Of a DNA stretch of 64,000 bases, positions 1 to 10,791 are shown piece after piece. The stretch covers positions 384,249 through 448,248 of the forward strand of contig NC_009634.1 in NCBI RefSeq assembly GCF_000017165.1, written 5' to 3'. A program made the position numbers and the translations under genes. Numbering within the stretch: position 1 is the first letter of the stretch; each line of letters opens with the position of its first letter. Under the pieces are notes generated by a model. It had not been told where the DNA came from. It saw only the letters and a list, made by a program, of their open reading frames with translations, and ran no database searches. Origin of the DNA: Methanococcus vannielii SB (lineage in GTDB: Archaea; AGJL01; Methanococci; Methanococcales; Methanococcaceae).

Positions 1-1015
1 TATCGTGAACCAAGTTCATAATTAACGGCACAAGTGTTTCAATTCCTGAAATCCCTGAAGGGCAGTTTTCCACAGGATTTAATTTTTCGCAGTCTTTGTG
101 TGGTGCATGATCAGTAGAAACAATATCGACAGTTCCCTCAATTATTCCATTTAAAAGCGCCAAATTATCTTCTTTTGTCCTTAGTGGGGGATTGAATTTT
201 CCAGAACCTTTTAAATTTCCTGCCATTTCAGAGTTTAAAAATAAATGGTGGGGGGACACTTCAACACTTATTTTAACGTTTTTAAACATTTTTTTGGCAT
301 TTTTTATCAATTCAAGCGCTTCTTTAACAGATATGTGGCAAAAATGAACGTGGGGAGTATTTCTACTATTTTTATCAACTTCTTTAAGTGCGTCCAAAAT
401 CTCCCTGACTGCTTCAATTTCACTTTCCCTACTTCTAATTTTACAGTGGTTTTCAAAGCTATCTAAGTTATAAGTCTCGGAATTTTTTAAAATTACATCC
501 TTATGTTCTGCATGAACTGCAAAAATTTTATTTTGGTCTAATATTTCTCTTAATTTAGAGTAATCCGATATAAATAAGTCGCCAACAGACTTTACCGTGA
601 AAATTTTGTAAAATTTTGCATCAGAAATTGTTTCTAAGTAATTATTTTCAGTAACTCCGTAGGAAAAATACAAGTTTACCTTACTTTTTTCATTTCCTTC
701 ATTCATTTTTTTATAAAAAATTTCTTTTGTTGTAACAGGCGGATTATTGTTTGGCATATCTATTGCAAAAACTACTCCTCCAAAAATTGCAGCCTCACTT
801 CCTGAAACAAAATCCTCCTTTTCAGAATTTCCCCATCGAAAGTGAACGTGTGAATCAATTATTCCAGGAAATACATATTTTCCAGTTAAATCTATCTTTT
901 CTCCAGAATATTCAATGTTTTTTCCAATTTTCTGGATTATCCTGTCTTCAATTAAAATATCTGCTTCGTTTATTGAATTTTCAGATACTATTTTACAGTT
1001 TTTCAAAAGCACCAT
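1..1015 (-). CDS. pyrC: dihydroorotase (PyrC), N-terminal ~338 codons; C-terminus lies beyond the window start
   Basis: Minus-strand frame is open from ATG at 1015 to the window edge. It is absent from the ORF track because there is no stop inside the window. Translation begins [59 protein letters not shown]. The PGxIDxHVH metal-binding motif is typical of cyclic amidohydrolases (dihydroorotase). The plus-strand ORFs 245-466 and 751-1041 are antisense to it. Confidence 0.8.
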   Translation of the reverse strand, partial: MVLLKNCKIVSENSINEADILIEDRIIQKIGKNIEYSGEKIDLTGKYVFPGIIDSHVHFRWGNSEKEDFVSGSEAAIFGGVVFAIDMPNNNPPVTTKEIFYKKMNEGNEKSKVNLYFSYGVTENNYLETISDAKFYKIFTVKSVGDLFISDYSKLREILDQNKIFAVHAEHKDVILKNSETYNLDSFENHCKIRSRESEIEAVREILDALKEVDKNSRNTPHVHFCHISVKEALELIKNAKKMFKNVKISVEVSPHHLFLNSEMAGNLKGSGKFNPPLRTKEDNLALLNGIIEGTVDIVSTDHAPHKDCEKLNPVENCPSGISGIETLVPLIMNLVHD

Positions 1016-1049
1016 TTTTTACACCAAAATTATTTTTCTAGCTTACTTT

Positions 1050-1943
1050 TCATTTCCTAAGCCTTTCAACTAAATTTTTAATATCTTTTGGAATTTCTGA
1101 TTTAAAATGCATATTTTCCTTTGTTATCGGGTGAATAAATTTTAAACTGCTTGAGTGAAGTGCCTGCCTATCAATTAAATCTGATTTTTCACCATAAAGT
1201 TCATCCCCAATTATGAAATTTCCAATACTCGATAAATGAACCCTTATTTGATGAGTTTTTCCCGTAAAAAGTTCAATTTCAAGTAGGGATGCATTTTTTA
1301 ATTCTTCAATAACAGTATATTTTGTTTTTGATTCTTTTCCAGTATTTTTTAATTCTCGTTTAATGCCATCTTCACCCAAATCCAATGGGTTACTAATTAT
1401 TCCGGATTTAAGTCTTAAATGTCCATTTACTACACAGATGTACTTTTTTTCAAAAATTCCTTCATCCATCTGCTTTGAAATTAGATAATGAGAATAAGGA
1501 TTTTTTGCAACTATCAAAATTCCAGTTGTATCCATATCTAGTCGGTTTACGAACCTTATTTTGTAATTCTGATTATTTACTTTCTGCCTATTTGAAATTG
1601 CATTTGAAAGAGTCCCTGAAACGACATTTTTCGTTTCATGAACAACCATATTTTTTGGTTTATCAATAATCATTACGTATTCATCTTCATAAATTACAGA
1701 AATTGGAATTTCTTCAGCAATTATGGTATTATTTCCAGCATCAATATTAACATAAACCACTTCATTTTCCACTAATTTGGATTTTAAAGAAATATTTTTA
1801 GAATTTACAAAAATTTTCTTTTCTTTATCGTATTTTTTTATCATTTTGTTTGAAAGTTCAAAGTCTTCAGATAAAAAATCGCTTAATTTTTTTCCTGCAT
1901 TTTTCTTTTCGACTTTTCGACTTAAAATTTTGTAGTTATTCAT
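1050..1943 (-). CDS. RluA-family (RluD-like) pseudouridine synthase with N-terminal S4-like domain
   Basis: 297 aa. It carries NRLDMDTTG (catalytic Asp motif HRLDxxTSG of RluA/RluD) and GKTHQIRVHL (conserved RluA-family motif II). The N-terminal ~60 aa resemble an S4 RNA-binding domain. Confidence 0.8.
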   Translation of the reverse strand: MNNYKILSRKVEKKNAGKKLSDFLSEDFELSNKMIKKYDKEKKIFVNSKNISLKSKLVENEVVYVNIDAGNNTIIAEEIPISVIYEDEYVMIIDKPKNMVVHETKNVVSGTLSNAISNRQKVNNQNYKIRFVNRLDMDTTGILIVAKNPYSHYLISKQMDEGIFEKKYICVVNGHLRLKSGIISNPLDLGEDGIKRELKNTGKESKTKYTVIEELKNASLLEIELFTGKTHQIRVHLSSIGNFIIGDELYGEKSDLIDRQALHSSSLKFIHPITKENMHFKSEIPKDIKNLVERLRK

Positions 1944-2087
1944 AAATATTCCTCAAAATCACCAAATTTTAAAATAGTATTTCATTGATTTAATTATAAA
2001 TACTCATAAGTAATTTTAAATTTTAAATATCCTTTAATTTCAAAAATAAACGTAAGTATATTAGATAGTAAAAAATAACTAAAAAAA

Positions 2088-3764
2088 TTATTTGTGAGTA
2101 TAGTAGCAGATATATCCATCATCTAATTTTTCGTCAATCCTAACAAATCCAAATCTCTCAAATTGAACAAAATCATCCTCTTCCGTAATTAAAAAGTCTT
2201 TTTCTGCAAATCCTTCAATTTTTTCTGCATTTTCATCAATTACGGTTACTTTTACACTGTCTTTTATCGGTATCCAGTGAATAATATTTGCTTTGTTTGT
2301 TCTTGCAACGCTTATGTCATCACTATCATAATGGGCATAAATTACACCGTTTTCAATCTTTTCTACAACGATATTAAATAATTCCATTAACCTATACATT
2401 TTTCCTGCTTCAAGGTCGTCTGAAACGTAAATTTCGCCATCAAACAAAAGTTCCCGGTTTCCAAAGTCGCTTCTATCAGGGTGCATTCTTAAATTAATTT
2501 TTTTGTTTTTAAAACCTGTAATTATAACTTTTTTAGGGCTATCGACAAAGAAAAATCTTTTCGCATCTTTATCGATTATTTCCTTATTTGCTGCATTTAA
2601 GTTTTCCCATGCAAATTTAACGTCTGCTTGCTTTATTCCAATTTCAACCATTAACTTATATAGTGCTTCTGGCTTTATTCCTCTTTTTTTAAGGGCCCTT
2701 AGTGTACCAAGCCGTGCATCGTCCCATCCGGAATATTCTCCGCTTAAAATTCCTGTATGCATTTTTGACGTACTTAAAACAGGCCCCTCAATTTTTAAAA
2801 TTCCGTAGTGAATGTATTCGGGAGATTCCCATCCAAAATACTTGTAAATATATTCCTGCTTTTCAGTATTTATAATATGGTCTTTTCCCCGTAATACGTG
2901 GGTCATTCCCATCAGGTGGTCGTCAATCGTTACTGAAAGATTCATTAAAGGATATACGTGGTATTTTGTTCCATTTTTAGGGTGGGGCGTTTTTTCAATT
3001 CTAAATATCGGGAAATCCCTAATTGACGGATTTTTGTGCCCAATATCCGTTTTAAGTCTTACTGCAACGTTATCCAGTTCTCCGGCAAGCATTTTTTCCC
3101 ATAGTTTAAGATTTGTTTCTGGCGTTGTTTCCCTACATTTACAAGGGATTCCTTTTTCCCGTAATTCCTTAAATTCTTCAGGATTACAGTCACAAACATA
3201 AGCGTAACTCATTTCGATTAATTTTCTGCCGTATCCATAGTAAATTTCAAGTCTTTCTGATTGGATAATTACTTCGTCAACCTTAATTCCAAGCCATTTT
3301 AGGTCTTCTTCAATCATTTCATAAGCTTCTGGGAGAACTCGTTTTGCATCAGTGTCTTCAAGCCTTAAAATTAACTTTCCATTGTATTTTTTAGCAAAAA
3401 AATCGTTTAATACAGACGCTCTTGCATGCCCGATATGTAATGGTCCAGAGGGGTTTGGTGCAAATCTCATTACAACTTTATCTTTTGCATTTTTTAATTC
3501 AATTTCTTTTCTTTTTCGTTCAGTTTTTTGCACTAAACCTTCCGGAGCAATTTCATTTAATTTAATTTGCTGTTCTTCAAGAGACATTACTTCAATTTCT
3601 TTCAAAACCTTTGAAATAACTTCATTTAGTTCATTAACCCTGTTTCTTAAATCGGGATTCCCACCAAGAATTTTACCCATTACTGCCTTTGGATTTGGTT
3701 TTCCGTTAAATTTAATTGAGTTTTCTAGTAAATAAACCATTACTGTATCTTTCATAATTATCAC
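2088..3764 (-). CDS. gltX: glutamyl-tRNA synthetase, archaeal/eukaryotic type
   Basis: 558 aa. It has the class I HIGH motif (PLHIGHARA) and an archaeal GluRS length and architecture. The true start may be an internal Met ([13 protein letters not shown]). Confidence 0.9.
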
Positions 3765-3892
3765 TATTTTTGGTGTCCTTTATTAAATCCTTTTGAAAAG
3801 TAATCTCTTAAATGTAATGTGGTTTAGTTTATAAATCTTACCGATTTAGCCATTATCTAAAAATAAAAAGTTTTAGGTTTATTCGTACGATA

Positions 3893-4642
3893 TTATTCAA
3901 TGATAATTCCAACAGGGCAGTGGTCTGAACCAAGTACTTCTGACATTATAAATGCATCTTTTAATCGTTCTCGTAATTTTTTTGAAATGCAAAAATAATC
4001 TATTCTCCAACCTATGTTTTTTTCCCTTGCATTAAAACGGTAGCTCCACCAAGTGTAGTTTTCAGGTTCGTTATTTAATTCCCTAAATGTATCTAAAAAA
4101 CCTGAATTTATTAAATTGTCAAAGCCATTTCGTTCTTCCTTTGTAAAACCTGCGTTTTTTATATTTTGCTTTGGGTTTTTCAAATCTATTTCTTTATGGG
4201 CAACATTTAAATCCCCACAAAATATCACAGGCTTTTTTTGTTCAAGAGTTTTTAAATGATTTAAAAAATCTTTGTCCCATTTTTGCCGACATTCTAATCT
4301 TTTAAGACCCCTTTGTGAATTTGGAGTGTATACATTTACCAAAAAATATTCTTCAAATTCAAGAGTAATTACACGGCCTTCTTTATCACTTTTGTAATTA
4401 GTTATACCGTATTTCACACTTTTTGGCTCTATTTTAGTAAAAATAGCGGTTCCAGAATAGCCTTTCTTTTCAGCGTAATTCCAGTATTCAAAGTAACCGT
4501 TTAATCCAAGCTGTACCTGACCTTTTTGGACTTTGGTTTCTTGAATACATATTATTTCAGGATTTTTCGAATTTAAAAAATCCATGAAGCCGTTTTTTAA
4601 ACAGGCCCTAATTCCATTTACATTCCATGATATCATTTTCAT
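3893..4642 (-). CDS. xth: exodeoxyribonuclease III / AP endonuclease (Xth family)
   Basis: [14 protein letters not shown]-terminus and [12 protein letters not shown] are hallmarks of the ExoIII/APE1 EEP fold. The ORF-track start at 4666 adds 8 aa; I prefer MKMISWN at 4642. Confidence 0.88.
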   Translation of the reverse strand: MKMISWNVNGIRACLKNGFMDFLNSKNPEIICIQETKVQKGQVQLGLNGYFEYWNYAEKKGYSGTAIFTKIEPKSVKYGITNYKSDKEGRVITLEFEEYFLVNVYTPNSQRGLKRLECRQKWDKDFLNHLKTLEQKKPVIFCGDLNVAHKEIDLKNPKQNIKNAGFTKEERNGFDNLINSGFLDTFRELNNEPENYTWWSYRFNAREKNIGWRIDYFCISKKLRERLKDAFIMSEVLGSDHCPVGIIIE

Positions 4643-4811
4643 AATATACGTTATTTCAAAAATCATATAAATACATTTTAATATCGTAAAAAAGAGATTA
4701 TATAAAATGTAATTTTATTGCTAAAGTTAACTTCACTATTAAATTTGGTTTAATTTAAGTAAATTTAAGTAAATTTAATTAAAGCTAAGTAAATTAAATT
4801 TCAGTTTCTAA

Positions 4812-5579
4812 ATGTTTAAGGATGTGGAAAAAATGCAACATAAATCTGCATTGTTATTAATTCTTCTTTTGATTGCAAGTTCAGGTTGTATTTTAAAAAA
4901 TAATGAACTCACTCTAAAAGAAGGGACTTTAACTGTTGGAGTATATCCCTATATGGCTCCAATGACATATATGAAAGATGATGAGTTAACTGGCTACGAA
5001 ATCGAAATGATTTCTGAAATGGCCAAAAGAATGGATTACAACGTAAACTTTAAAGTTTATGAATTTGAAAGGTTATTTTCCGCCCTTGAATATAATGAAA
5101 TAGACTGTGCAATTGCAGGAATTGGGATAACTATTGATAGAAAAACTAAATTTGAATTTTCAAGGCCCTATAGATATACATTTACAGTTATTACAGTTTT
5201 AAAAGACAGTAGTATTTCCAAAATAAATGATATTGAGGGTCAAAAAGTTGGAGTATTAAAAGGAACGTTAATGGAAAATAAAGCAAATGAGTTAAGAAGA
5301 ACACGTTCTTTTGAAATAATAAAATATAGTAGCCCGGAAATAATGTATTCTGACTTGAATTCTAAAAAAATATCTGCTGCAATAACAGATCTTGATTCTA
5401 TAAATTATAATAGTCAAAATCAAAATATTAGGGTACTTGATGAACACCTTGATATTATATACATGGGAATTGCTCTTAAAAAAGGAAACGTTGAATTATT
5501 AAATAATATAAATACAGTAATGCTTGAAATGGAAAAAGACGGGTATTTTGAATATTTAAGAGATACATGGATCGAATAA
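4812..5579 (+). CDS. solute-binding protein family 3 (amino-acid ABC transporter periplasmic component-like), putative lipoprotein
   Basis: 255 aa. A hydrophobic signal peptide is followed by the lipobox-like LIASSGC. The body resembles polar amino-acid binding proteins (SBP_bac_3). An alternative start is MQHKSALLL at 4833. Confidence 0.72.
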   Translation: MFKDVEKMQHKSALLLILLLIASSGCILKNNELTLKEGTLTVGVYPYMAPMTYMKDDELTGYEIEMISEMAKRMDYNVNFKVYEFERLFSALEYNEIDCAIAGIGITIDRKTKFEFSRPYRYTFTVITVLKDSSISKINDIEGQKVGVLKGTLMENKANELRRTRSFEIIKYSSPEIMYSDLNSKKISAAITDLDSINYNSQNQNIRVLDEHLDIIYMGIALKKGNVELLNNINTVMLEMEKDGYFEYLRDTWIE

Positions 5580-5864
5580 TATTTATTAGCTAAAAATGGA
5601 TTAAATAATAACCTATTTTTATTATTTTATTTATTATTTTGCCGTTTTATTACTTTTTGTATTTTTAAAATTAGATGTTATAAAGGCCTAAATTTTTTGA
5701 GCGGATAATTTAAATATTGGTCTATCATACAAAGTTTATGATTTTATTAGTTTTACATCTTTATTAAATTTGTAAAATTGATATAATTTAGCATTTTAAT
5801 TTTACATAATAGTTTAAAAACAATTACGAATATAGTATGAAAAAACGTATCCTAAGGTGGAATT

Positions 5865-8800
5865 TTGAAAAGAGAGGATATAAATAAAGTAATGATTTTG
5901 GGTTCTGGACCAATTGTAATAGGTCAAGCAGCTGAATTTGACTTTTCAGGTTCTCAGGCTTGTAAATCCTTAAAGGAAGAGGGAATTTACACGATATTGG
6001 TAAATTCAAACCCTGCAACGATTCAGACTGATTCAAATATTGCTGACAGAGTTTATTTAGAGCCTTTGACTCCAAAAATTTTAGAAAAAATTATTGAAAA
6101 GGAAAAACCCGATGCAATACTCCCAACAATGGGTGGCCAAACCGGTTTAAACCTTGCAATGGAGCTTTCAAAAAGGGGAATTTTAGAAAAACACGGTGTT
6201 GAGCTTTTGGGTTCAACTGAAAAAGTAATTGAAACTTCAGAAGATAGGGACTTATTTAATAAGGCAATGGAGGAAATAAAACAGCCAATTGCGAAATCTG
6301 CCGCAGTTAACTCAATTGAAGGGGCACTTAATGCAGTGGATGTTTTAGGGTATCCCGTAATTGTAAGGCCTGCATTTACACTAGGGGGAACCGGTGGTGG
6401 CGTTGCAAATACTGAAGAAGAATTAATTGAAATTACAAAAAAAGGTTTGAAATATTCTATGATAAAACAGGTTTTAATCGACCAAAGCCTCCTAGGTTGG
6501 AAAGAATACGAGTACGAAGTAATGAGGGATAGAAACGATACATGTATTGTAGTTTGTAACATGGAAAATATCGACCCTATGGGAATACATACTGGTGAAA
6601 GCATCGTTACAGCACCTTCGCAAACATTAAGCGATGAATTCCACCAAAAATTAAGAGATGCTGCAATAAATATTATAAGACATTTGAAAATAGAGGGGGG
6701 ATGTAACGTCCAATTTGCAGTTAATCCTGAAATGACCGAATACGTGGTAATTGAGGTAAATCCAAGAGTTTCAAGAAGTTCTGCACTTGCAAGTAAAGCA
6801 ACGGGTTATCCAATTGCAAAGATTGCTGCAAAGATTGCAATTGGACTTACACTTGACGAAATCCAAAATGACGTTACAAAAGAAACCCCTGCAAGTTTTG
6901 AACCTACTATCGACTACGTTGTTGTAAAAATTCCAAGATGGCCATTTGATAAATTTAAAACAGTTGATAAACGACTTGGAACTGCAATGAAATCAACTGG
7001 GGAAATAATGGCAATTGGAAGGACTTTAGAAGAGGCACTTCAAAAAGCAGTTCGAAGTTTAGATATTGGAAGATATGGGATTATTTCGGATAAAAAAGAT
7101 AGAGATTACTCGAATTCTGAGATTATAGGACTTTTGGAAAAACCTACGGATGAAAGGCTCTTTGTAATTGCATACGCCCTTGATAAGGGTTGGAGCGTCG
7201 ATGGAATTTGTGAAAGAACAAGCATTAATCCATTCTTTATTAAAAAAATTAAAAATATTGTAGATTGTAAAAAAGAACTTGAAGTAGTTTCAAGACTCCC
7301 AGTAGACAATGACAAGCTAAAAGAAATAATTTTAAAAGCCAAAAAATTAGGATTTTCAGATTTTCAGATTGGAAAAATATTTTCAAAAACAGAAACAGAA
7401 ATACGGGAATTAAGAAAAAAACTTTCCGTAATCCCAGTTTACAAAATGGTAGATACTTGTGCAGCAGAATTTGAAGCAAAAACTCCATACTACTATTCTG
7501 CATACGAACGATACTTTGACGAAGAACAAAACGAAAGTATTGCAACAAGTCGTAAAAAGGTAATCATACTAGGTTCAGGGCCAATTAGAATTGGTCAGGG
7601 TGTTGAATTTGATTATTCAACAGTTCATGCAATTTATGCATTAAAAGAAATAGGAATTGAAGCAATTATAATAAATAATAACCCTGAAACAGTAAGTACC
7701 GACTACGATACGTCAGACAGGCTTTACTTTGAACCATTAGTGTTTGAAGAAATAATGAATATTATTGAAAATGAAAGTAAAAATGGAGAACTTTTAGGCG
7801 TAATTGTCCAATTTGGAGGCCAAACCGCAATTAACCTTGCAATGAATTTATATGGTGCAGGTGTTAATATTTTAGGAACTTCACCGCATTCGATTGACCT
7901 TGCAGAGGATAGGGATCAATTTATCCATGTTCTTGAAAAGTTAGAAATACCGCAAGCAGAAGGCGGAACTGCATTTAGTGAAGAAGAAGCCCTTAAGGTC
8001 ATTGAAAAAATCGGGTTTCCAGCACTTGTAAGGCCATCTTATGTTTTAGGCGGGCGTGCAATGCAGATTGTTTATAATTTTGAGGATTTAAAAGATTACA
8101 TGAATGAAGCAGTTAAAGTTTCATCAGAACATCCAATATTAATCGACAAGTTCTTAGAAGAGGCTATTGAAGTCGATGTTGATGCAGTTTGTGATGGGGA
8201 AAGTGTATTTATCGGCGCTATTATGGAACATATTGAGGAAGCTGGAATTCATAGCGGAGATAGTGCATGCGTAATTCCGCCACAAACGCTATCAAAAGAG
8301 GTAATTTCAAAAATTGAAACATATACCACTAAACTTGCACTTGAACTTGGCGTAATAGGCCTTTTAAATATCCAATATGCGATAAAAGATGGAATAGTTT
8401 ATATAATTGAAGCAAACCCTAGAGCGTCACGAACTATTCCTTACGTCAGTAAATCAGTTGGTGTGCCATTAGCAAAAATTGCTACAAATGCACTTATGGG
8501 TAAAAAATTAAAAGAAATGGGTTATTTTGGAACTGCAAAGGCGAAATACGTTAGTGTAAAAGAAGCAGTGTTTCCATTCTTAAAACTTCCAGGGGTTGAC
8601 CCAGTTTTAAGTCCTGAAATGAAATCAACTGGTGAAGCAATTGGAATTGACCTCGATTTTGGAAAAGCATACTATAAATCCCAGCTTTCTGCAAACATGG
8701 AACTTCCAACATCTGGAACCGTATTTATAAGTGTTAGAAATAGGGATAAAAATAATATTACAAAAATTGCAAAAAAATTCCATGAATTAGGTTTTGAAAT

Positions 8801-9110
8801 CGTTGCAACAACTGGGACTGCAAGAGAATTGCGACAATTTGAAATTCCTGCAAGGGAAGTTAGTAAAATTTCTGAAAGTATGCAAAACAGTGTTCTTGAT
8901 TTGATGCAGAAAGGAGACATTAGTTTAATAATAAATACATCATCAGGAGACCGAGCAAGAAGTGATGGGTATTATATAAGGCGAGCTGCAGTAGAATTAA
9001 ACGTTCCATACATGACTACACTTCAAGGAGCATATGCTGCAATAAAGGCGATTGAAGCTATTAAAACTGGCGACCTTGGAGTTTATTCATTAAAAGAGCT
9101 TGAAAATTAA
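5865..9110 (+). CDS. carB: carbamoyl-phosphate synthase large subunit, unsplit
   Basis: 1081 aa starting at TTG, with aaGGTGG 8 nt upstream. Duplicated ATP-grasp halves carry ILGSGPIxIGQ(A/G)xEFDYS at residues 10 and ~560. The C-terminal MGS-like domain is present. Confidence 0.95.
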   Translation: MKREDINKVMILGSGPIVIGQAAEFDFSGSQACKSLKEEGIYTILVNSNPATIQTDSNIADRVYLEPLTPKILEKIIEKEKPDAILPTMGGQTGLNLAMELSKRGILEKHGVELLGSTEKVIETSEDRDLFNKAMEEIKQPIAKSAAVNSIEGALNAVDVLGYPVIVRPAFTLGGTGGGVANTEEELIEITKKGLKYSMIKQVLIDQSLLGWKEYEYEVMRDRNDTCIVVCNMENIDPMGIHTGESIVTAPSQTLSDEFHQKLRDAAINIIRHLKIEGGCNVQFAVNPEMTEYVVIEVNPRVSRSSALASKATGYPIAKIAAKIAIGLTLDEIQNDVTKETPASFEPTIDYVVVKIPRWPFDKFKTVDKRLGTAMKSTGEIMAIGRTLEEALQKAVRSLDIGRYGIISDKKDRDYSNSEIIGLLEKPTDERLFVIAYALDKGWSVDGICERTSINPFFIKKIKNIVDCKKELEVVSRLPVDNDKLKEIILKAKKLGFSDFQIGKIFSKTETEIRELRKKLSVIPVYKMVDTCAAEFEAKTPYYYSAYERYFDEEQNESIATSRKKVIILGSGPIRIGQGVEFDYSTVHAIYALKEIGIEAIIINNNPETVSTDYDTSDRLYFEPLVFEEIMNIIENESKNGELLGVIVQFGGQTAINLAMNLYGAGVNILGTSPHSIDLAEDRDQFIHVLEKLEIPQAEGGTAFSEEEALKVIEKIGFPALVRPSYVLGGRAMQIVYNFEDLKDYMNEAVKVSSEHPILIDKFLEEAIEVDVDAVCDGESVFIGAIMEHIEEAGIHSGDSACVIPPQTLSKEVISKIETYTTKLALELGVIGLLNIQYAIKDGIVYIIEANPRASRTIPYVSKSVGVPLAKIATNALMGKKLKEMGYFGTAKAKYVSVKEAVFPFLKLPGVDPVLSPEMKSTGEAIGIDLDFGKAYYKSQLSANMELPTSGTVFISVRNRDKNNITKIAKKFHELGFEIVATTGTARELRQFEIPAREVSKISESMQNSVLDLMQKGDISLIINTSSGDRARSDGYYIRRAAVELNVPYMTTLQGAYAAIKAIEAIKTGDLGVYSLKELEN

Positions 9111-9174
9111 TCTTAAAATAAATCCAAAATACTAAAATTATTTTATTTTTAAATTTTTAATTTAGTTTTTATTT

Positions 9175-10254
9175 TTGAGGGATATTATGTCAATGACCCA
9201 TTATTTAAAAAATTTACGTGTAAAAAATCTTAAAAAGAGAAAAGAAAAAAATCCTGATTATCCAATTGCATCATGGATTCAAGACGACATATTTCAAGAT
9301 AAAACCATTGGAAAAAGTCTTACAATAATTTTAAGAACCAAAGGATGTAAATGGGCGTATGATTCCGGTGGTTGTACGATGTGTAGCTACCTAATGGATG
9401 CATCTCCAGTAGAAATCACTTCAGAAAACTTGAAAAATCAGTTTGATAGGACAATTGAAAAAAATTTGGAAGTAATTAATAACAATATGTCAATAAAACT
9501 TTTTACATCGGGAAGCTTTTTAGACCCTTTTGAAATTCCAATTGATGTAAGGGAATACATATTTCAAAAAATTGAAAGTTTAGGGGTAAAAGAAGTTGCA
9601 ATAGAATCCAGAGCAGAGTTTGTAACTTCAGAAAACATGGAATCAATCCGAAAAAATTTGTCATGTAATGTTGAAATTGGAGTTGGAATCGAAAGTTTTA
9701 ACGATACAATTAGAAACGTATCAATAAATAAAGGAGTAAGTAGAGAAGTGATTAAACAGGCTTTTAAGATTTCTAAAGAATACAATGTCGGTATAAAATC
9801 ATATATCTTGATAAAACCGCTTTTCATAACTGAAAAAGAAGCCATTTTGGATTCAATAAATACTGCAAATGAGTGCATTGAAATTGGTTGTAGCAGAATA
9901 TCCTTCTGTCCTGCAACAGTGCATACAGGAACGTTAATAGAATTGATATGGAAAAAAAATCAGTATAGGCCACCATTTTTATGGAGTATTTTGGAAATAT
10001 TAAAGGAAGTAAAATCACAAAATCCTGATGCGTTAATAATGTGTGATACATCTGGAGTAAATTCGAAAAGAGGTGCGCATAATAATATCACTTGTGAATG
10101 TGGGGAAAAAATAAAAGAGATATTTAATGAATTTACACTTACACAAAAAATTGAAAAACTAGACGTTGACTGCGAGTGTAAAAAACAGTGGTTAAGTTAT
10201 TTAGACTATGAACAAAAAAATATTGTTCCACTGGGCGATGAAAGTTTACTGTAA
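9175..10254 (+). CDS. Cys-rich radical-SAM-like protein (archaeal Elp3-like/TIGR01210-like family), function unknown
   Basis: 359 aa. N-terminal cluster GCKWAYDSGGCTMCSY (C-x8-C-x2-C), a TIM-barrel-like core, and a C-terminal Cys-rich ribbon (CECGEKIKEIF...DVDCECKKQW). The assignment comes from motif recall only. Confidence 0.55.
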   Translation: MRDIMSMTHYLKNLRVKNLKKRKEKNPDYPIASWIQDDIFQDKTIGKSLTIILRTKGCKWAYDSGGCTMCSYLMDASPVEITSENLKNQFDRTIEKNLEVINNNMSIKLFTSGSFLDPFEIPIDVREYIFQKIESLGVKEVAIESRAEFVTSENMESIRKNLSCNVEIGVGIESFNDTIRNVSINKGVSREVIKQAFKISKEYNVGIKSYILIKPLFITEKEAILDSINTANECIEIGCSRISFCPATVHTGTLIELIWKKNQYRPPFLWSILEILKEVKSQNPDALIMCDTSGVNSKRGAHNNITCECGEKIKEIFNEFTLTQKIEKLDVDCECKKQWLSYLDYEQKNIVPLGDESLL

Positions 10255-10374
10255 ATTCATTATTTTGAATTTTTAATTTATCTGCATTTCTATTTTTAAT
10301 TCAATTTGGTTAAAGAAGCTTTAAATAATTAAAAACCTTATATATTTATAAATATATTATTAAGAGGTTATAAT

Positions 10375-10674
10375 ATGATACCTAAAGGAACAGTTAAAAG
10401 AATTATGAAGCAACATACTGAAATGAACGTGTCTGCTGAATCAGTTGAAAAATTAGTGGAATTACTTCAAGAAATTATTGTAACAACAACCCAAATTGCA
10501 GAACAAAATGCTGGAAAAGACAAAAGAAAAACATTAAAAGCAAGGGATATTGAACAGTGTGATGCGGAAAGACTTAGAAGAAAAATAGTTGAAGTTTCCG
10601 AAAGAACGGAAAAAGTAAATATTCTTACAAACGAAATTTTAAATGTAGTTGCAAACGAACTTGAAAGGTATTAA
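10375..10674 (+). CDS. archaeal histone (HMf-like histone fold) with ~30-aa C-terminal extension
   Basis: 99 aa. Residues 3-65 (IPKGTVKRIMKQH...VSAESVEKLVELLQEII...AEQNAGKDKRKTLKARDIEQ) match the archaeal histone-fold consensus (ARVS...A...L...E...A...A...AGRKT.K..DI). The extra C-terminal tail resembles the long histone variants of Methanococcales. Confidence 0.7.
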   Translation: MIPKGTVKRIMKQHTEMNVSAESVEKLVELLQEIIVTTTQIAEQNAGKDKRKTLKARDIEQCDAERLRRKIVEVSERTEKVNILTNEILNVVANELERY

Positions 10675-10791
10675 TTGGGGCAGAATACTGTTTTTGTTAC
10701 TTTAAAGTTAAGAAAAGTTTTAAATAATTCTTTTTAATTTTTTAACGCCTATTTTAAATATTTTAAATATTAAATGTTTAAAGATAGAAAT

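Noticed and set aside
245-1041. Plus-strand ORFs 245-466 and 751-1041
   Set aside because: They lie antisense to a clearly coding minus-strand dihydroorotase frame that is open to the window edge. Their products are low-complexity (F/N/K-rich), typical of AT-rich antisense frames.
6053-6604. 183-aa minus-strand ORF inside carB. Similar antisense ORFs lie inside lysC (13322-13894), mcm, argS, the HEAT gene and the ATPase genes.
   Set aside because: All overlap strongly homology-supported genes on the opposite strand and have Ser/Phe/Leu-rich composition characteristic of antisense reading of AT-rich coding DNA.
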